DNA of 63,983 nt, filler included, from Octopus bimaculoides (taxonomy: Eukaryota), in NCBI RefSeq assembly GCF_001194135.2. It is 6 parts of 6 records of this genome, joined end to end, with 100 filler letters (N's around TTAATTAATTAA, not from the genome) between each part and the next. Parts side by side here need not be neighbours in the genome. Positions count along the whole stretch, not along the records: positions 28,358 to 48,118 come from NC_068983.1; 5 more parts are not named here. One strand, 5' to 3'. A model generated the notes under the pieces. It searched no databases. It was not told where the DNA came from and saw only the letters and a program-made list of their open reading frames with translations. Shown piece by piece: positions 30,755-43,240 of this stretch (its first letter is position 1; each line of letters begins with the position of its first letter). The position numbers were made by a program, and so were the translations under genes.

Positions 30755-33700
30755 GTAAGTGGTGCCGTTATCATCTATAACATATGCAGATTCTTTTAGA
30801 TCTTTGAATCTATAGCTATTACTAATCTTTATTGATTCCTTTATCAACATCACATAAGAGCTATGTGTCCTTACAGTCAATTCATTAATTATCTATAATG
30901 TAATTAACTGATGTCTGTTTCCTGATTTTCATTTTTCTCTAATGAATAACTTTATTTTTCTTATTTATTCTTTTACTAAGAGATTACCAATAGCATGGTA
31001 ATCTCGACAATAGCTTTTTTTCTAAGTAATAGACATCTGATTTATAGAAATATATTAAGTTTCCATGTCGGCTCGAGTATAATATTTGTATTTCTTTTAT
31101 TTATGTAATTTTAGTTTTTCTGTTTTTAAAAAATTGGTTTGAGCAGTGCTCATGGCCTTTCCGTGTCCTCTTAGATCGGTGAGATCGATTCTGTTCCTTT
31201 TGTGTTCGCTCGTTCTTTTACAAAAGACAGTACAGTCTCATCCAAATCGCACCCTACCATCTTAAAATAAGGTTACTTTGGGCAGTGTGAACCTAGATAC
31301 ATTGTGTTTGAAAAACAAAAAAAAACAAAAAAAAACTGGATGGTTGTGATTAAAATGTCTTTTGATTTGCTCGATCAAATTGTCGAAACTAAACAATAAC
31401 ATAGTGAAGGAGGGAATTTCTAAGAGACAACTGAGTGAATGATTTTATACCTGAGGGTGTTTGACGAACGACTTTATTCCAGTCATGTTTTGAATGGTGC
31501 CTAGGCTGCTTGTGTGTATAGCAGCAGCGCTGATTGTTTTAGATACGAGTCTCAATTGAACTTTGTAGAGGATTAGTAGATGTCGAAGGCTGAAATACTT
31601 CTTCATACAACATTTGTTAGTTGATGTGTCTTGGCCAGAGAGATCCTCAGTAATGGTGAGGTCTACCATTTGTGAGGAAGGGGTTACGATAATGTCTTCT
31701 TGATATGGCCAGTGATTATTTCTGTAGAAAGAGACAAGATTAGTACAAACCCTTCTAGAGGATGTTTTTCAGTTCGACGTTCATGAACTTGGTGCAGTTT
31801 TAATAGGTTTTATATGGGTAAAGGATGAATGGAGGCTGCTATCATCTGTGTAGGTGTAGTTGCTGGTCAGGGTGATGATGGCAAGTAGGTTGCTGATGCA
31901 CAAGAGGAAAAATATAATGGATAAAGCTGAACTTTGTGGATATACTGGGGGTGTTAGAGCATGCTACATTAGCACAAAGCCTGATTGATCTCATAGACAG
32001 GTAGGTTTGCTAGTAGATTTGTGTACCATCTCCAGATTCAGTCAAATGTTTTGCTGGTATTGAGTACAACTACACTTTATGAAATTACTTGAGAGAGAAG
32101 ACCCACTGCTGAGTGTCATAGGGGACCCACTGGTGAGTGTTATAGGGAAGTAGGTCTCAAGTACTAAAGCTGTACTGGTGGCCAAAATATTCTACTGTTT
32201 TATGCTTAAACTCACCATATGTGTGTGTATGAGTCAAAGGAAAAAAGTCTAAGACTAACATACCTAATGAATTTTTCTTGCATTTGATTTTTCTTCTTCT
32301 TGTTTTGATTGTAAGTTTTCATAAATTTCACTTATTCTGCAGACATAATATTCTCAGTATTCAGCTGATATATTCTTGCATGATTTTTCGTTTCCATTCT
32401 TCACTTATTGGTAATAGTTGATAATACTATTATTTCTCATCTTGTCTGTAATAGTTGTTAACACTAGTGAGCAATTCTCTTCCTTCTCTGGCTGACAATG
32501 TTAGGAACTGAACTAGATAACGAGTTTTTCTCTACTACTTTGGTATATGAGATTCAACCGGCATATCTCATTTTCTCCATCAACCAGATCTTTTTTATTT
32601 TTATTTATTTCTTCAATGAATTAATTTGTATGGTTTTTCCAAGCCAACAAAATTGATAAGATTGGTATTTCTTGTGTAAAATAAAGACCCCCCCCCCCTT
32701 TGGTCATGAATGACCATAGGATTGCACCTAAAAAGTTACCCTGAAACACTGTTAGTGGAAGACCAGCAGTTATCCATGCATACCAGTCTCTCCTCTCCAC
32801 ACCACGATGTTGTACAAAGGATGGTACAGCTTGGCACCAGTGACATTGCAACTCATTTCTACAGCTGAGTGAACTGGAGCAATGTGAAATAAAAAGTCTT
32901 GCTCAAGAACACTACACACAGCCCAGTCTGGGAATCAGACTCACAACTTCATGATTGTAAGCCTGATGCTCTAACCACTGAGCCATGCACCTTCATTGTG
33001 TAAAATATGAAATACATAAATCTCTCCTGCCAATATACAAGCTATTCTTCCTTGTTACTTTTCCACCTCTCAGTTATTTCCCCCACTTAGTAGTGGGAAC
33101 TTTTTCTTTTTTCCTTGTTCTCATTTTCTGTCTTCCAAGTTACTTGGCAACCTCACTTGTGCTGGTGGTACGAAAAAGCAGGTTGTACGGGTTGGTGATA
33201 GAAAGAGCATCCAACCCTAGAAACCATGGCAAAACTGACACTGGAGCTCAGCATAACCCTACTGCTTGTCAGATCCTATCAAACCATCCGACCCATACCA
33301 ACATAGAAAATAGATTTTAAATGATAATGATTTCTAACAAACTGTCCTTCACAATTTAAGAAGCTATTCTTCAGTGTTACTTTTCCAATAATTTGACAAA
33401 CTGTCCTTCACTGTTACATTTCCACTACTTTAACAAGCTGTTGGTACTTGTTATATTTTTAATTATCATGAAAATAGTAAATGCTGTCTGAAATATTCAA
33501 ATTGATATAGAATAATTTATTCAAGTGTGGTAATATTGCATATAACTTCCACATAACTTATTGGAAAAAAAAAAAAATGATCCCAAACTTTTCAAGTTGT
33601 TTATCTGGCAATTCAATTGCATATTTAAATTCAATGCCCAAACAGAAAGTAGAACTTAACAATAAATATTTTATAAATATTTCTTCCAGACTACAATTGC

Positions 33701-34479
33701 TGCAGTTGAATTTAATGGTGGTGTAGTCATTGGGGCTGATTCAAGATCAACAGCAGGGTAATTAATTATTTGTATTCATCTATTTCTAAATTTGTTTTCT
33801 TAAATATTTCCCTACTTGTTTTTCTTTCTAATAAAATGACCCCAATTTTACTTATTTTATATTTCAGAGTTTACATAGCAAATCGAGTAAGCGATAAGTT
33901 GACAAAGATGACTGATTATATTTACTGTTGCCGATCTGGATCATCAGCTGATACACAAGCTGTTGCAGATATTGTCCACTACCACCTTAACTTTTACAGG
34001 TAAGTGATTGTCCTATAATGTTATCATTGATGAACAAGGACAGTGTTCGTAGCTCCTGTTGCTGGTGAATATAAACTGTAATTAGTGCAGTTAATATAAA
34101 GCTTGAACTGATAATAAGAGTAAAAAAGCAAAAAATATATTTTAGAGTCTTCAGCACTAAGAAATAATGTTAAAAAAGTTAGTCTTTTCTGCTTTTAGTA
34201 TAGCTTAAAAAATTCTTAGTGGTGTTATGTTATATTTTGTGAAATTGGGTTAATGAGCTCTGATTAAAATGAAATTATGTTCAGTGAGAAGTGATTGAAG
34301 TACTCTATGACCCAATCTATTAGAAATAATTTCTCATTAATGGGTCTACAGGGTTGATCACAACACATTTCTTAATTTTACTTTATTTCATAACTTCACT
34401 ACAACATGGCTGTGGGGTTAAGAAACTTGGGTTCAGTCCTACTACTTGGTACCTTAAGCAAGTGTCTTCTACTATAGCC

Positions 34480-34530
<51 letters not shown>

Positions 34531-37500
34531 GTATATATTAGTGTATGTATGTGTGTGTGTGTGTACGTCTGTATATGTCTGTGTCTTGTGTTTGTCTCCG
34601 ATCACTGCTTGACGTTGGTGGTGGTTTGTTAATGTCCTTGTAACTTATCACTTTGGTAACAGAGACCTGTAAAATAAGTACCAGACTTAAAAAATAAATT
34701 CTGGTGTCGATTTACTTGACAAAATCTTTCAAGGCAGTGCTCCAGTATGGCTGCAGTTCAATGTCTAAAACAAGTAAAAGATAAAAAGATAACTGGAAGA
34801 AATTGTTCTCATTTGTCATGATAGTTAAAAATCTAGTTAAAAAATTTGTTTTATGTTACTTCAAGTATTCAGACATTATATTTTTCTATTTACCCCAGTG
34901 TTGATAATTGGATTGCTGAAATAATCTGTAATACATTTTATTTTTTCATTTTTCAGAATGGAAATGGGTGAAGAGCCTCGAGTCAATGTCGCTGCTAATA
35001 TATTCAAAGATCTTTGTTACAATTATAGAGACAGCATTACAGCTGGTATTATAGTAGCCGGATGGGATGAACAGATGGGAGGTCAGGTATGTCTTCAAAT
35101 CATATATGTGCACTAAACATGATCTGTATGGTTAAGAAAATTACTTCAGAAGCACATGATTTTAGAATTTGTTCCTATTGTGTAGCAGTGGCAGCTGGTA
35201 CGGTGAATTGACTAATGTTTTAGGAGTTCATTGATTGGTAGAAACTGTAAAAAGCCCATCATGTTTTGATAATATATAAGTATGTATGTATGTATGTATC
35301 ATCATCATCATCATCGTTTAACGTCTGTTTTCCATGCTGGCATGGGTTGGATGGTTTGACTGGGGCCTCGGAAGCCAGGAGGTTGCACCTGGCCCCAATC
35401 TGATCTGGTGGTGTTACTACAACTGGGTGTCCTTCCTAACGCCAACCACTCCGAGAGTGTAGTGGGTGCTTTTTACGTGTCACCGGCACTAGCATCGACC
35501 ATGATCAGATGGTGCTTTTTATGTATGTAGATATTTACTTGTGTATGTATGGATCTATCTATCTATCTATTTATCTACCTGTCTGTTTTTATAACTGTAT
35601 ACATTTGTGTGAAAGTATGTGTATATATATATATATATATATATGTTTGTGTATAGGCACAGGCATGGCTTTCTAGGTGCAGGCTTGGCTGTGTGGTAAG
35701 AAGCTTGCTTCTCAACCATATGGTTCCAGGTTCAGTCCCACTGTGTGGCACTTGGGCAAGTGTCTTCTTACTATAACCTCACTCGAGGCACAGTTCTTGT
35801 GGCCAAATTCTTCCCTAACAACAAGAAAAACGAATTTCTTACTTACTTTTCTTGTGTTGGCTTGGTAGGAAGAATGTGAAAGTGGTTAAAATTCAGGAAC
35901 ATAAAGTTTTCATTATTTTTATTTGCCAAACTTGTTTTTTCCCTTTGTTTTCCTGCAACTTCCTAATATTTGATATTACTTCACTGATGTTTTCCTCTCT
36001 ATGTTGGTAAATGTTCCAAATAACAATTTATGTTTTCACTGATAATGTTTAACCCCTGTTATTTCTTGTTCTTTCTTTTTCCAGGTTTACTGTATCCCCC
36101 TGGGTGGTATGATCATTCGTATGCCATTTGCTATTGCTGGTTCTGGAAGCATCTATATTTACAGTTATGTTGACTCCAACTTCAAACCTAACATGTCTAA
36201 AGAAGAATGCTTGAAGTTTACAGCTAATTGTAAATATATTTTGTCTTTCTACTTCAATATAAAGCAATTTATACATTCATAAGTTTGCATATTCTAGTAA
36301 TAAGTGAACATCTCTGCTTTTCTTTTTACATTACACTCTTTCTCTTTACTGGAATGTGTAGGATGGTTTTGAATAGGAGGTTTTTTTACGTGTTATTGGT
36401 ATGTTATTTAACGCATAGTGGAGGTGCAATGGCCCAGTGGTTAGGGCAGTGGACTTGTCATAGGATCGCGGTTTCGATTCCCAGACCGGGCGTTGTGAGT
36501 GTTTATTGAGCGAAAACACCTAAAGCTCCACGAGGCTCCGGCAGGGGATGGTGGCGAACCCTGCTGTACTCTTTCACCACAACTTTCTCTCACTCTTACT
36601 TCCTGTTTCTGTTGTGCCTGTAATTCAAAAGCCCAGCCATGTCACACTGTGTCACGCTGAATATCCCCGAGAACTACGTTAAGGGTACATGTGTCTGTGG
36701 AGTGCTCAGCCACTTGCACATTAATTTCACGAGCAGGCTGTTCCGTTGATTGGATCAACTGGAACCCTCGACGTCGTAAGCGACGGAGTGCCAACGATTT
36801 TACGCATAGGACTCTTCTTCCTACAGCTACTTGACGAGAAGTCACGATTATTTAGTTTCAAGTCAGTCCTGACCAAGCAGTATTTGATCAAAAGCATTCT
36901 GGTTGTGTTCACCTCATACTTTCTCTCAGCATAGCATATTGAGGACTGCATAATCCAAATGTGTTCTTCCCATTTCAAGAGAGGAGAGTGTGATTTCAAG
37001 GAGATTTGGTTGAAATTTCTCATTGGTCTAGCTACCACTTGGAGGTTCCCTCCACACCAATGACTAGGACGTAGAAGCAAAACCTGTTTATCAGCCAGTC
37101 AAATTGAGTCCAGCAGAGTTAAGTACCTTGCTCATAATTGAAACTCATTGGAAAATTTTGGACAAAGGTCTTTTAATTGTATGAGTTAATTATTTGATTT
37201 TGATATGATGGTAATTGATTGGAGAAAGCAGAGTAATGTGCTTTAAGTGATAACACATCTTATATAACTTGTATTGCATTGGTTCCTCAACATCAGAGGG
37301 AGTCATAGAAGTACTGATGTAATAGGGTGTGTTTTGGGTACTTTTAAACCTGACAGAGTTGATTACAGCTGATTTCTTCCAGGTAAAAAGAAAGAGATGG
37401 AAAAGAATTGACCCTTACACAGGGCTGGTATGTCATTTATCAATCTCAAAAAAGATGAAAAGTAAAGCTGACTTTGGTGGTATTTGAACTCAAAGCAATG

Positions 37501-37851
37501 GCTTATTGATTCTATTAGTTTCCCCACCTACAATTTATATAACAAGATAGCAAAGACTGAAATTGAGATTATAGTCAACTTTTCAATATCAAAATATCAC
37601 AACTGCTGTCCTAGACATCTATTTTTGTTCCACCTTCCTTTCTGTTACTTATTTCATTTTCTCTCATCGTCTCTGCTATTAAAGCAAATTATCATTATCA
37701 CTAATTATCTTCATTTGCAGGTATTTCCTTAGCAATGACCAGAGATGGTAGCAGTGGTGGAGTTATTCGTCTTGCTGCCATTACTAAGAATGGTGTGGAG
37801 AGAATAAATCTGATTGGTGATGAAATACCAAAGTTTAATGAAGATTGCTAA
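30653..37851 (+). CDS. PSMB6: Proteasome subunit beta type-6 (beta1, caspase-like), complete 6-exon gene, 235 aa
   Basis: Exons 30653-30754, 33690-33757, 33868-33999, 34957-35086, 36085-36229 and 37721-37851 total 708 nt, with all phases consistent. The 34-aa propeptide ends ..STG and the mature chain starts [19 protein letters not shown]. Thr1, Asp17, Lys33, the GSG motif and RDGSSGG are intact. Arg45 identifies constitutive beta1 rather than PSMB9. Confidence 0.97.
31445..32200 (-). pseudogene. Non-LTR retrotransposon RT fragment (CR1/Jockey/I group), in PSMB6 intron 1
   Basis: Decayed motifs (G)[23 protein letters not shown] (YADD) and LILYKVQLR. Confidence 0.7.
33690..33757 (+). CDS. PSMB6: PSMB6 exon 2 (catalytic Thr1)
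   Basis: ttccag acceptor and gtaatt donor; 68 nt. Confidence 0.97.
33868..33999 (+). CDS. PSMB6: PSMB6 exon 3 ([12 protein letters not shown]...[17 protein letters not shown])
   Basis: tttcag acceptor and gtaagt donor; 132 nt. Confidence 0.97.
34957..35086 (+). CDS. PSMB6: PSMB6 exon 4 (…[15 protein letters not shown])
   Basis: tttcag acceptor and gtatgt donor; 130 nt. Confidence 0.97.
36085..36229 (+). CDS. PSMB6: PSMB6 exon 5 (VYCIPLGGM…[15 protein letters not shown])
   Basis: ttccag acceptor and gtaaat donor; 145 nt. Confidence 0.97.
36419..36795 (+). mobile_element. tRNA(Arg)-derived SINE, probably the octopus OR1-type family; full-length copy in PSMB6 intron 5
   Basis: A box tggcccagtgg and B box ggtttcgattccc; about 11-bp TSD tt(a/t)acgcatag; near-identical copies elsewhere. 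The family name is from recall. Confidence 0.8.
37721..37851 (+). CDS. PSMB6: PSMB6 exon 6 coding part (…[15 protein letters not shown]…EDC*)
   Basis: ttgcag acceptor; TAA stop at 37849-37851. Confidence 0.97.
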
Positions 37852-37914
37852 GTAAAATAAATATATCCTAACTTTTCATTTTCCTAATCTGTCATAATCA
37901 TTTCTTTTTGTTAC

Positions 37915-37920
37915 AATAAA
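37915..37920 (+). terminator. Probable PSMB6 polyadenylation signal AATAAA
   Basis: Canonical hexamer 64 nt after the stop codon, followed by a GT/T-rich tract. Confidence 0.55.
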
Positions 37921-39583
37921 GAAAATAGAATACAAGATGTTTTTGCCTAATGTTTTATATCTTCATCATTGTGATAATCATGAATCATCACCATTTAATG
38001 CAGGCATTCCATACTGGCTTGGGTTGGACAGTTTGACAGGGTCTGATGTGTCTAAGGACTGCATTGTGCTCCAGGGATTGCTTTAGCATGGTTTCAATGA
38101 CTGGATGCCCTTCCTAATGCCAACCACATTTACAGTATGTACTGTGGTAATCATCATCACCATCACCATCATCATAATTTTAACATCCACTTTTCCATGA
38201 TTGCATAGTTCAGATGGAGTTTATTGAGGCAGATGTTCTACAGCTGGGTGCTCTTCCTGTTGCCAACCATCACCTGATTCCAAGGAAGGTAATATTTCTC
38301 CATGACTGGATGTATTTACACAGAACATTGGAAATGAATGACATTCATTTACAATAGTATCTGATGTCAAGACAAGAAGACACACGTACATATATATATA
38401 TATATACATATATATATATGTACATATATATATATGTATTATATTGGTGCAGGGGTGGTTGTGTGGTAAGAAGCCTGCTTCCCAAACACATAGTTCTGTG
38501 TTCGGCCCCACTGCATGACACCTTGGGCAAGTGTCTTCTATAGCTTTGGGCTGACCAAAGCCTAGTGAGCAGATTTAGTAGATGGAAACTGAAAGAAGCC
38601 TGTCGTATATATATATATGTATATGTTTGTGTGTCTGTATTTGTACTCCCTACCACTGCTTGACAACTGATGCCGGTGTGTTTACGTCCCTGTAACTTAG
38701 CAGTTCGGTAACAGAGACCAATAAAATAAGTAGTAGTCTTACAAAGAATAAATCCTGGCGGCTATTTGTTCGACTAAAGGTGGTGTTCTAGCATGGCCAC
38801 AGTCAAAATGATTGAAACAGCTAAAAGAACGAAAGTATATATATATATGTATATATAAAAAACAAAAAACTAAATTCTGGACACTGAGTAACCAATGGTA
38901 TCCATGAAAGCTGCAGCTTTGTGGACAACTCTTCAGACTCTATAAAAAGACATTTAACTTTCTACCTCGTGGGCGTGAGGGAACGCTAGGATAACGGTCC
39001 GACAGCTGCTCTATAAAATCATTATTGAGGCAGGTTATCTCCCCTGGACCAGAGGATAAAGAAAAGCTGTAATCAAAATCTTTACGGTCTCAGATTAGCC
39101 TAACCAGCAAATGGGGAGATCCAATTTTCCAGTAGGTAGCGCTTGAAAAGAACACATTTTGAGAAACTTTCTTTATGATTATATAACACACCAGGTTTAG
39201 CGTAGTCCTTAAGAATTTTGGTTCTCTCTATAAGTGCAAATTCATAGCTATTTAATGCTATTGCGCCTGCAATCCACCTATGTCACTGCTGGTGATATCA
39301 TCAATTTTAAAATTTATCCACATGATATGAACAGTAGTGACATCTGATTTCAAATCTCAGTGTCTGAATGTTTTGCTTATGTGTGTGTGTGCATGTGCGT
39401 GCGTGTGTATATATATATATGTGTGTATATGTTTATATATATATATATATTTATATAAAGGGCATTATTACAGAAAAATAATAACGCCACACAGCGGACT
39501 TCTCAAAATAACCACATTTAGTACCTAATGCGAGGAAAAACAACCAACAGAAGATGACCAACTTTCTTTTAAATAGACTTAAT

Positions 39584-39641
39584 TGTGTATCGACCGATTT
39601 CGCGATTACTAGAATGAATCTAGATTTCGTTCATCAGCACA
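39584..39641 (-). ncRNA. Second minimal type I hammerhead ribozyme
   Basis: UGUG-CUGAUGA-A-CGA AAU CUAGA UUCAU UCUAG UAA UCG-C-GAAA-UCG GU CGA-UA-CACA. Confidence 0.62.
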
Positions 39642-40114
39642 GTATTGTCCCCAAAATATATATAAATAAACAGAATTCTCACCTCACCAAAAACGAACAA
39701 CTACGTATCCGACAGTAAAGGGAATGAAGTTTATCTGTATATATCTTCATCAAAGAAGCGAGAAATACTTCCGGGTTGTTTTTGGGTACCCATGTGGAGA
39801 CGATGAAGATATATACANNNNNNNNNNNNNNNNNNNNNNNNNNNNNNNNNNNNNNNNNNNNNNNNNNNNNNNNNNNNNNNNNNNNNNNNNNNNNNNNNNN
39901 NNNNNNNNNNNNNNNNNNNNNNNNNNNNNNNNNNNNNNNNNNNNNNNNNNNNNNNNNNNNNNNNNNNNNNNNNNNNNNNNNNNNNNNNNNNNNNNNNNNN
40001 NNNNNNNNNNNNNNNNNNNNNNNNNNNNNNNNNNNNNNNNNNNNNNNNNNNNNNNNNNNNNNNNNNNNNNNNNNNNNNNNNNNNNNNNNNNNNNNNNNNN
40101 NNNNNNNNNNNNNN

Positions 40115-40146
<32 letters not shown>

Positions 40147-40924
40147 CAAATAATATGTGAGTATATGCATATATACATACATATATGTACATACCTACAT
40201 CTACATGTATATATAGATGCATATCTGGGTACAGGACGTCACAAAATGAAACACAGAACATAAACAGAGTACAAGAAACACACAGGCCACATAGAGAACA
40301 TTTCCTTCATCAGCTGCCACCATTCTAAAACTAAGCGTTTCGATATATATATATATGATGGCCATCTTTTAGTTTCCATCTACCAAATCCATTCACAAGG
40401 CTTGTGTCAGCCCAGGGCTATAATACAAGACACTTGCCCAAAGTGTCAGGCAGTGGGACTGAACCTGGAACCATAAGATTGGGAAGCAAACTTTTTTAAC
40501 CGCACAATCTTTCCTACACCATAAACTTCATTGTTATTATTGTTATGAGATGTAGGAGTCTTATGTTTTTAATTTTTGTTATGGCTTAGAGGAGGAGGTG
40601 TGTTGTCCATTAACCATTGATATGTCTGTGTTGATATCTTTAGTCAAAAGACCTGGTCGAATTAGTTGTAACAAAGTAGAATGGACTCTACTAAAGATTT
40701 ACCAAAGGACAAGTGGCAGTGTTAAATTGGGCAAGGAATTAGGTCTGCCCCACTGAATAGGTACACTTCACTTGATGGCTTTCTATACATTTTCTGTCAT
40801 CTCAATCTCAATGAACTCACACACTTCATTAGAAGTTGCGACTTACATGATAACAAGTCTATTTTATGCCAGATTGTGTCAATAATGAGAAGACACACAC
40901 ACTCCAGCATATGTATACATACTT

Positions 40925-41200
40925 ATACTGTTGATTAGAATATCTCTTCGAAAATCAAAACGTGGAATAATTACAGACAACTGCTTTGAAACCTCCAGCT
41001 TCTGTATCTAGATTATAAATTCACATTTATACCAATAATGATTGGTGCTCTTAGTTTTATGAGTTAATGCTTAAGTGACAATCTGAATAGGCTGGAGTTT
41101 TCAGCAACAGAAATCAACCAGTTAACATGCTCATTAAAAATATAATCTGTAACTGGAATGATAAAATTATGCATGAGTTTTCTCAAGTTGAAAATGTGAA
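40925..41200 (+). pseudogene. 3' end of an RLE-type (R4/Dong-like) non-LTR element ORF
   Basis: …NLQLLYLDYKFTFIPIMIGAL…NLNRLEFS…SVTGMIKLC..FLK* resembles a restriction-like endonuclease C-terminus (PI.IGALG); contains in-frame stops. Confidence 0.6.
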
Positions 41201-42099
41201 TTGGTTTTTGCTATCTACATTTCTACAATGGAACTTAGAAACCAGCTCCTTTGTTGCTGGTAGATTTCAAATCATTAAAAATAGAAGAGAACGCGCGCGC
41301 GCGCGCTCACACACACACACACGTACGCACGTGCACGAGTTTTCCATCTGCCAATTTCACTACTGTGACATTGGTCAGTCTGAACACAATACAGGAACAA
41401 ACTTGAAATGACATTATTGCAAAGCGAGCTTCTTAACTAAACACTGTTGCCTGCTACTATAATATTGTAGCCATGTTGGTGTATATACATGTTTTACTGG
41501 AGTTAAATGAAAGTGATTGTTTTCAGAGTAGGGTCAATCAACTAATGACAGTTTTTAGTTTATACTTCAACGTTAAAACACAACAGAGTTGTTCCCCTTG
41601 CCACTTAAAGGACTTTATAAATGCTTCAGTTTTGAAGATTATATTTCTTATACAGTTTTCAAATTATTTTGTTCCTTGTTACAGTTTAAATTTCTTTCTT
41701 AGAAAAAGGAAATGCTTTGCTGGAGTCGTTAGAATGTATGACTTTCCTGACACAAGGACTTAAAATTGCGGAATTAAATTATAGCACCAACCTTTAGACA
41801 TCTGCTTTCAAAAACACACACACACATACAAGATAAGTAGACAAGGTACTGGTTACTGGATGCTGAACTAGTCTTTCCTAGCATTTTAAGGACAGGATTT
41901 GAAAGCTAGTTAAGTGGGAACTTGCAAGAGTTATCACCAACAACTGGTGGGGAAAAAGAAATTACAGAAGCATCTACTACTAGCTTCAGCGATAAACGTA
42001 GAGAAGGTCTAGTATACCAATCAGAAGAGGCTAGTGACGAGAATGGCAAGCCCAAATTCACTCTCTGATGGATTATAGTGGCTGTGTACTATCGGATTT

Positions 42100-43240
42100 C
42101 TAAGCAGAAAATGCAGGCATTCTTCAGCAACATTATACCGAACTTTTCACGAGGAGGGGGCTGAAGACGGTGGATATCGGTGTCTGCCTCGAGGTTCACA
42201 GAATATTGTGAAAAGCCAATTTTAGTGGACGAAGTATCGGTTGTGTTGAATGCCCGAAGGAAAGGGATAATCGTTGGATCTAGACCATCTGCCTCAAGAA
42301 CTACATTACTACCTGCTAAACAAGTTCACTACTGTCCTGGTGACCATATACTTGCAGCTGGGAGCATTCCAGTGCCGAGTGAGCTTGGGAGGGGTGACAA
42401 TGCTGAGAAAGGATCCGAGCACTCGATAGTCGCCAAACTCAGCTAAACACAGATTTGGAGATTTTGTTAAAGGTAGCTTGCCTTCAGGTTGGCACTTGTT
42501 GACAATAGTGTAGTCAGAGAAGTATAGACTTGTGCAATCTCCGGCAGATCTATAGACGACCACATACACCTCGTGCGATGCATCGTAGAGCGAATCGAGA
42601 ATAGATTTGGTGTCAATCGAGCATTGATGAATTTGAACCAGTCTAATGCTACAAGAAGGTCGAGTGTCACTACCTAGTAGCTGTCATGCTGAGAGCAACT
42701 TGTTTCCGTCTCGTTTGCAGAATCCGAATCGCTACAGTTTACAGCACCATCTGTTCTGCTATAAAACTAAACGGTCACTTCACGGAATCATTCTATATCG
42801 CGCACTCAGTCAAGGATGTTCTCTTTCTTGCTTTTTGTACACGTTGACACTGTGGAGATTGGAGACTTTGAGAGACACCACATCTGAAGTGATACACAAG
42901 AGAGCTGTGTTTGCAAATGTGGACGGCGTCATTGTCATGACGGTCACTTTGGAAATTAAGGCAGTCAACGCCTTAGTAGAATTTAAGGGTTCCAGATACC
43001 AACAAGGGCAGTCTGAACATTTTCTTCTGAGGAACTTCCAGATCGTGCATTATAGACAATATCCAAAAGTCTTTGGCATGGCACTCCTACGAAGTGAGTG
43101 GCAATACTTGTTCGACGTAATCTTTACAGGAACGGAAACGGTAGCACCCGAAATTGTCCAAGAGGCATCCTGCACGCGCTTGTTCAGTGCACATGCATTA
43201 CTGACTACTGCACTTGTGTCGAATAGTTGCTATTAGGTGT
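42100..43240 (+). pseudogene. L1/Tx1-type LINE reverse transcriptase fragment, frameshifted
   Basis: Spread across frames: TQLNTDLEILLK, GRSIDDHIHLVR, IKLNGHFTESFYI, (R)QGCSLSCFLY, FANVD (YADD). Explains ORF 42646-43236. Confidence 0.8.

Noticed and set aside
32255-32600. Possible upstream dynein exon ending …QEKFIR|gtatgt, phase-compatible with exon 25473
   Set aside because: In-frame stops in all frames, no acceptor tract, and no similarity to the expected HE..RV..DR/FVDFLR region.
33938-33955. tcatcag (antisense CUGAUGA) in PSMB6 exon 3
   Set aside because: It is coding sequence (SSAD) with no GAAA partner; chance match.
36419-36490. tRNA-Arg gene (also 24439, 49022, 56138, 16846)
   Set aside because: No complete acceptor stem, and the heads continue into SINE bodies with TSDs.
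42646-43236. 196-aa ORF as a cellular or viral gene
   Set aside because: It is one frame of a frameshifted Tx1/L1 RT fossil.
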